Part shown: piece by piece, positions 59,759-64,000 of the stretch | Layout of the letters: every line of letters starts with the position of its first letter | Numbering within the stretch: the first letter of the stretch is position 1 | DNA from: a virus | Strand: one strand, 5' to 3' | Virus record (IMG/VR): IMGVR_UViG_3300021142_000012 | Coordinates: 32,001 to 96,000 of that record | Length of the DNA stretch: 64,000 bases | The notes under the pieces: generated by a model | What the model saw: only the letters and a program-made list of their open reading frames with translations | Databases searched by the model: none | What the model was told of the DNA's origin: nothing | Program-made: the position numbers and the translations under genes

Positions 59759-61357
59759 TTATGATCCTTTCCTAAATGTGTCAACTGTAGTAGTATAGTT
59801 GTTGTATGCTTTTGGTGTTGCTATATTTCCAGCAACTTCCCTATCTGTTTTAGCCGATGAGAATGACATCGGATCTAAGTTTTCGTGATGCGCATATGGC
59901 TCATGCACTGGAATACGTTTTAATATACTAGCTACAGTAATACCCGGATTAGTATATGTTGTTAATGCTACTGCTTTTGTTGCAGCAGTAGCAGTTGCGG
60001 TTACTGCTGCTGTTCCACCACCAGCTGGTAACGAAAAATATCCGGCAGCATTTTGTGTATATCTTCCGCCAGCTTTTATATTAGTATCTGCGGCAGATGT
60101 TAGATTAATTTTTCCGGTACTATTAATATTTGTATCTTTAGCAGAAGTAAAATTATTAAGTCCGGTAGTATTAACTTGTAAATTGCCAGTAGTTGTGATA
60201 ACTCCGTCCTTGGCTATGATTAAATTAAAATTAGCTTTTGTTTCAGCTTGTATGCGGCCAGTGGCTTTCATATTAATATTACGACCAGCTTCTATATTAA
60301 CATCACGGCTAGCATGAAAATTCATATCAGCATCAGTATGTACACTAATACTATCTTTTGCATAGATATCAATTTTACCGTTGCTGGTTAATTCAATCCA
60401 GGTTGTTCCAGAAGCATTTCCAATGTAAATTAAATCTTCTGAATTATGCATTAGGATTTGATGCCCGGTACGTGTGCGAATACGTACTAATTCATTATGA
60501 GGAATCGTTACCATTCCCGATGGTCTTGTATTATCGGCTAGCCCCTCAATCGATTCATACACCGGAGGCCCTGAGCTAGCAGAAGTCATTCTTAAAAATT
60601 TGTCATCGCCGTCGTCCATGACAAATGTAGCTCCGCCGAGTCGGCTTACTGGAACGTTTTGTGCAGGACTATCTGCTTTACCTACTTCACCTCTTTGAGC
60701 ATTAGGTTGTTTGTCTATCGGGCCCGGAGTGGATATGCCAAACACCATACTTGGTATTTCTCTACGAGCACTACTAGTTGTAATACCTCTGATATCATCT
60801 TTGATTAACCCCTGGGTATTGAGAATTTCTGCAAACGGATGAGTTGGTTTAGGAATTTTAGTTGCATCAAGAGAACTTGCACTATTAACAACTTTATTAT
60901 ATTCTGCTACTGGTGCACGAGTATATTTTCCCTCGACATTAAATTCAGTGGCAGCTAATCCTGGTACTGAAAAATTAGCATCCTCAGGAGGAACGCATCC
61001 TATCCAGAAAGGTTGAGCTGCATCACCGTTAACAAAAATAACCATTACTGTTGCGCCAACGTCCGGAGGAATCATCCACATACCATAACTCTTTTGTGTA
61101 TTGTTATAGTCGTTGGCATTGTCGCGAATAAACTGATCACCGGTTGATCCAAAGAATGGACTCATCATGCGAGCTTTAAATGTTTGTCCGGTGGAGCTGT
61201 CATTGCCTGTTGGTTTGATTAGTTGTACTTCGAGTACACCCATATAGTTTGGTTCAAAATGTCCAACTACCTTGGCTAGATACGGGCCTGCGTTGATTAC
61301 CGCATCATTACTAGGTAAATTAGCTGTGTAGTCTTGACTGTTAAATGTTCCGCTCAT
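59759..61357 (-). CDS. Baseplate hub/central spike protein (gp5/VgrG-like)
   Basis: OB-fold-like N-terminus (SYGMWMIPPDVGATVMVIF), RIRTRTGHQILM, and beta-helix-like repeats in the C-terminal half. Confidence 0.75.
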   Translation of the reverse strand: MSGTFNSQDYTANLPSNDAVINAGPYLAKVVGHFEPNYMGVLEVQLIKPTGNDSSTGQTFKARMMSPFFGSTGDQFIRDNANDYNNTQKSYGMWMIPPDVGATVMVIFVNGDAAQPFWIGCVPPEDANFSVPGLAATEFNVEGKYTRAPVAEYNKVVNSASSLDATKIPKPTHPFAEILNTQGLIKDDIRGITTSSARREIPSMVFGISTPGPIDKQPNAQRGEVGKADSPAQNVPVSRLGGATFVMDDGDDKFLRMTSASSGPPVYESIEGLADNTRPSGMVTIPHNELVRIRTRTGHQILMHNSEDLIYIGNASGTTWIELTSNGKIDIYAKDSISVHTDADMNFHASRDVNIEAGRNINMKATGRIQAETKANFNLIIAKDGVITTTGNLQVNTTGLNNFTSAKDTNINSTGKINLTSAADTNIKAGGRYTQNAAGYFSLPAGGGTAAVTATATAATKAVALTTYTNPGITVASILKRIPVHEPYAHHENLDPMSFSSAKTDREVAGNIATPKAYNNYTTTVDTFRKGS

Positions 61358-61359
61358 AA

Positions 61360-63597
61360 TTAAAATAAATTAGAAATTGTTGTTGTAAGCTGTGTAGCGT
61401 AATCTGATACGGTTTTCATTAAGTTAGACGTATTGCCTAATTGATCTGCTGTAGCAGTATCAGAGTCTGGTAAGTCTTGATCTATATATCGCATACCGAT
61501 AAGTTGCTGTGTAAATTTACCACCGTTAAACATATTTTTAACTTCTGTGACATAGTATAATCCACTCCATGCTGTTACAGGTACTGTCGAGGTTCCGGCG
61601 CCAAAATCATATAATCCAGTATTCTGATTAATGTCTATTGGGGTTCTAAAATTTACTACTATATCAACATAACCGCTTTGGTATGCGACTGCGCCTGTAG
61701 AATCAATGCCTGGCTGAGCTGGATTTACTCCTGCTGTAAAATTTCCAGAACCACTATGCGGTAAAAAATAAGGATCGCCTACAATCTTTAAATCTAGATC
61801 CATCATCTCTTTACCTTTGGTCAATGCTTGGTGAAATACACGAGCTGCTCTGGTGCTGGCGAATTCATTCCCTGAACCGCCTTGGAAATCTGATCCAAAC
61901 TTGGTCTGGGTGAGACTTGTTTTACGATTTGATGTTACATTATTTGGGTCGGATCCTATGTTGCCTTCAACTACAAGATTGTTAGTACTACCGTCAGCGG
62001 TCTTATCCACGCCACTGTTAGCACTAGCCCCTTCTACCTTTCCTGGATTATTTGTAGTAGCATCAGCAGACATTACGTTAGCAAATGCTGCTGAAAAATT
62101 TATGCTGAAGTCTAATATTTCAGTATTTTTTCCAGTATAGATATAATTGTACCATTTAATTGCTTGTTTTACTTTTTGTGCATATCCCGGAGATTTTGTC
62201 TGCGGTGCATTTGGCAATAGACTTGTGTGTACTTTATATGGAATTACACGATATACTAATAGCTTTGTATAGTATCCTGTAGTTTTTAAATTTGCATCAC
62301 TAACAAGATACACTTGTGTATCAATATTAAACCATTTACGATTTCCTGCAGAATCGATATTGCCTTCTTTAAATGCTAGTTTAGGATAGCCACTATTTAA
62401 AATAGTTTGCACAATGGCATTAGTAATTGTGCTGTCTTGTGGAAATGTTAAAACACCGGTAGTAGGATCAATTTTGATATTTGATCGCACCCACGTCTCT
62501 TTAATAGGATCCCATACAGTATTTTCTGCCGCAGGAGCAGCGTTAGGTTTTTTCTCAGGACCAAACTCCATTGAGCAAGCACCAATTTCGTTAACCGCGG
62601 TAGATTGAATTAATTGTTGTTTGTCATTTCTTGTTAGGCCTAGTGTTTTATAGATACTACTGTTTGCTGTTAGCGTAAGGCTTTGTGTTGCAGTAACATT
62701 AGCCGCCGATGTAGCTAGACTGCTTACACCATCTTGTCCGGCACTAGGTATTTGATCCTGAGTTGGGAATATAATAGCTATTTCGTCTGCATCTTTCAAT
62801 ATTCCTTTTTTAACTAGATCTTGAAATTTAGCATTGACTACAGATTGTAAACTGGTCGGGCTCGATTGCAATACCTCTTGTATTGTTTTACCTTGAACCG
62901 CGTGATCTGATTTAAGCTGATTAAACTTAGTTGTTTTTGCATCATGCGACCAATCATATCCTGTGCAATGATATGTGGTTCCTGCTGATGTCACTTTAAA
63001 TTCAATGTCGGTAAATTTAAAAACAATATATCTGCTAGATTGCGGAACTGTTGACATTGCTCCGTTTTCTTTGGCGCCTACGAATTCAATTTTAAGTAAG
63101 AACGGTGATTCTGTATATGCTTGTTCGCCGAGGCGATAAGCAATCGCCTGGACCGACTGTAGGAATAATCCCATACTGTACGGTTCAAGAACATCAAATG
63201 TTATATTACCAACCATCATAGACGATCCGTCTTTTTGACCTATAGTATTTTCAATAAGTAGATTGTCAATAAAGAAATCAAACTTACCATATGCTGTTTG
63301 AATTCGATTAGTTGGATCAACGTTAGCTGTTTTAGCTAGCAATGGCAGTGTCTGTCCATTAGTATATTGTGTAGGATCGTTTACCTGTGACTTAGTAAGT
63401 ACTGATAGACTTATAAGATATTCGTAGCTAGCATATGATGCTAAAGGATTAGGTAATGGTACTTGAACTGGAGCTATTGCAGAAAATAAACTAGATACAC
63501 TACCCAATGCTCCGCTGATCGCAGATACCGGGCCTGAATTTGTTACTGTGCTAACTAGTTGACTAGTTGCGCTCGTTGCTCCTATAATATCTGCCAT
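61360..63597 (-). CDS. Putative baseplate hub/tail protein
   Basis: Lies between the spike and gp53-like genes; IVGDPYFL and SGLYYVTEVKNMFNGGKFTQQL are hub-like motifs. Confidence 0.6.
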   Translation of the reverse strand: MADIIGATSATSQLVSTVTNSGPVSAISGALGSVSSLFSAIAPVQVPLPNPLASYASYEYLISLSVLTKSQVNDPTQYTNGQTLPLLAKTANVDPTNRIQTAYGKFDFFIDNLLIENTIGQKDGSSMMVGNITFDVLEPYSMGLFLQSVQAIAYRLGEQAYTESPFLLKIEFVGAKENGAMSTVPQSSRYIVFKFTDIEFKVTSAGTTYHCTGYDWSHDAKTTKFNQLKSDHAVQGKTIQEVLQSSPTSLQSVVNAKFQDLVKKGILKDADEIAIIFPTQDQIPSAGQDGVSSLATSAANVTATQSLTLTANSSIYKTLGLTRNDKQQLIQSTAVNEIGACSMEFGPEKKPNAAPAAENTVWDPIKETWVRSNIKIDPTTGVLTFPQDSTITNAIVQTILNSGYPKLAFKEGNIDSAGNRKWFNIDTQVYLVSDANLKTTGYYTKLLVYRVIPYKVHTSLLPNAPQTKSPGYAQKVKQAIKWYNYIYTGKNTEILDFSINFSAAFANVMSADATTNNPGKVEGASANSGVDKTADGSTNNLVVEGNIGSDPNNVTSNRKTSLTQTKFGSDFQGGSGNEFASTRAARVFHQALTKGKEMMDLDLKIVGDPYFLPHSGSGNFTAGVNPAQPGIDSTGAVAYQSGYVDIVVNFRTPIDINQNTGLYDFGAGTSTVPVTAWSGLYYVTEVKNMFNGGKFTQQLIGMRYIDQDLPDSDTATADQLGNTSNLMKTVSDYATQLTTTISNLF

Positions 63598-63598
63598 A

Positions 63599-63901
63599 TT
63601 AAATTCCTAACAATATAGTTAAACCGCTTTTCTTTGGAATATAAATTTGTGTACCTGGAACAAAATCAAAAATTGGGTCTTGTAATACATTAAGATTGCG
63701 TTGTATAAACACCCACCATAGGGCTGCTGACTGATAAAGGTCGTATGCTAATAAATCTGGTCGGTGACTATATTGACTTTCAATTGTATATAGGAAATCA
63801 TCTGGATCAGCTGGCACTGGTCTAATTTGCAAAAAGCTAAGATAGTTCTGCACTACCGGTGTAACATAATATGGACTCGTGTTAGTATAAAGTGCGGGCA
63901 T
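63599..63901 (-). CDS. Baseplate wedge protein (gp53/LysM-like)
   Basis: RPDLLAYDLY....LWWVF...N.......F..GT.IYIP. Confidence 0.75.
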   Translation of the reverse strand: MPALYTNTSPYYVTPVVQNYLSFLQIRPVPADPDDFLYTIESQYSHRPDLLAYDLYQSAALWWVFIQRNLNVLQDPIFDFVPGTQIYIPKKSGLTILLGI

Positions 63902-63903
63902 GA

Positions 63904-63999
63904 TTAAATGTATCCAAATGAATTATTCAAGTAACCGCCAGTGACAAATCTATCAAGACTAAATTTCCTTGCACTTGCACGACTGTAGATTGGTTGTAA
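63904..63999 (-). CDS. 3' end of an upstream tail/baseplate gene (truncated by the window edge)
   Basis: Manual translation ...LQPIYSRASARKFSLDRFVTGGYLNNSFGYI*. Confidence 0.5.
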   Translation of the reverse strand, partial: LQPIYSRASARKFSLDRFVTGGYLNNSFGYI

Positions 64000-64000
64000 T

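Noticed and set aside
1-64000. Alternative genetic code, introns/inteins, tRNAs or CRISPR arrays, as often found in jumbo phages
   Set aside because: Standard-code ORFs tile the window almost without gaps, including a 16-kb ORF. Conserved enzymes are uninterrupted, and no intergenic gap shows a cloverleaf or repeat-spacer pattern.

Overview
A 64-kb, AT-rich, gene-dense segment of a large contractile-tailed (myovirus-like, probably jumbo) bacteriophage genome. It has two convergent blocks. The + strand block (1-21.5 kb) encodes nucleotide and DNA-modification functions: FolE, an atypical QueE, a QueD-fold protein with an LxxxHRHxF (DpdL-type) motif, a GT-B glycosyltransferase, a cupin and a type I phosphoribosyltransferase. 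It also has four 2OG-Fe(II) oxygenase-like genes, two tryptophan-halogenase-like genes, a PD-(D/E)XK nuclease, an RNase H/5'-3' exonuclease, a MoxR AAA+/VWA-metallopeptidase pair and ThyX. The - strand block (21.5-64 kb) is a tail/baseplate module: gp53-, gp5-, gp25- and gp6-like proteins, a 5377-aa giant protein, repeat-rich fibres and a prodomain-less S53 protease. That block ends in a separately promoted cluster of four GT-A-like glycosyltransferases. Near-consensus sigma70 promoters and a recurrent ATAAATACA (T4-late-like) motif are visible. The best candidates for new biology are (i) a 7-deazaguanine pathway coupled to a PRTase, glycosyltransferase and oxygenases, with a possible small pseudoknot in the folE leader, and (ii) a putative virion glycosylation cluster. 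I saw no tRNA, rRNA, CRISPR array or integrase. All functional calls come from motif recognition by eye, not from database searches.
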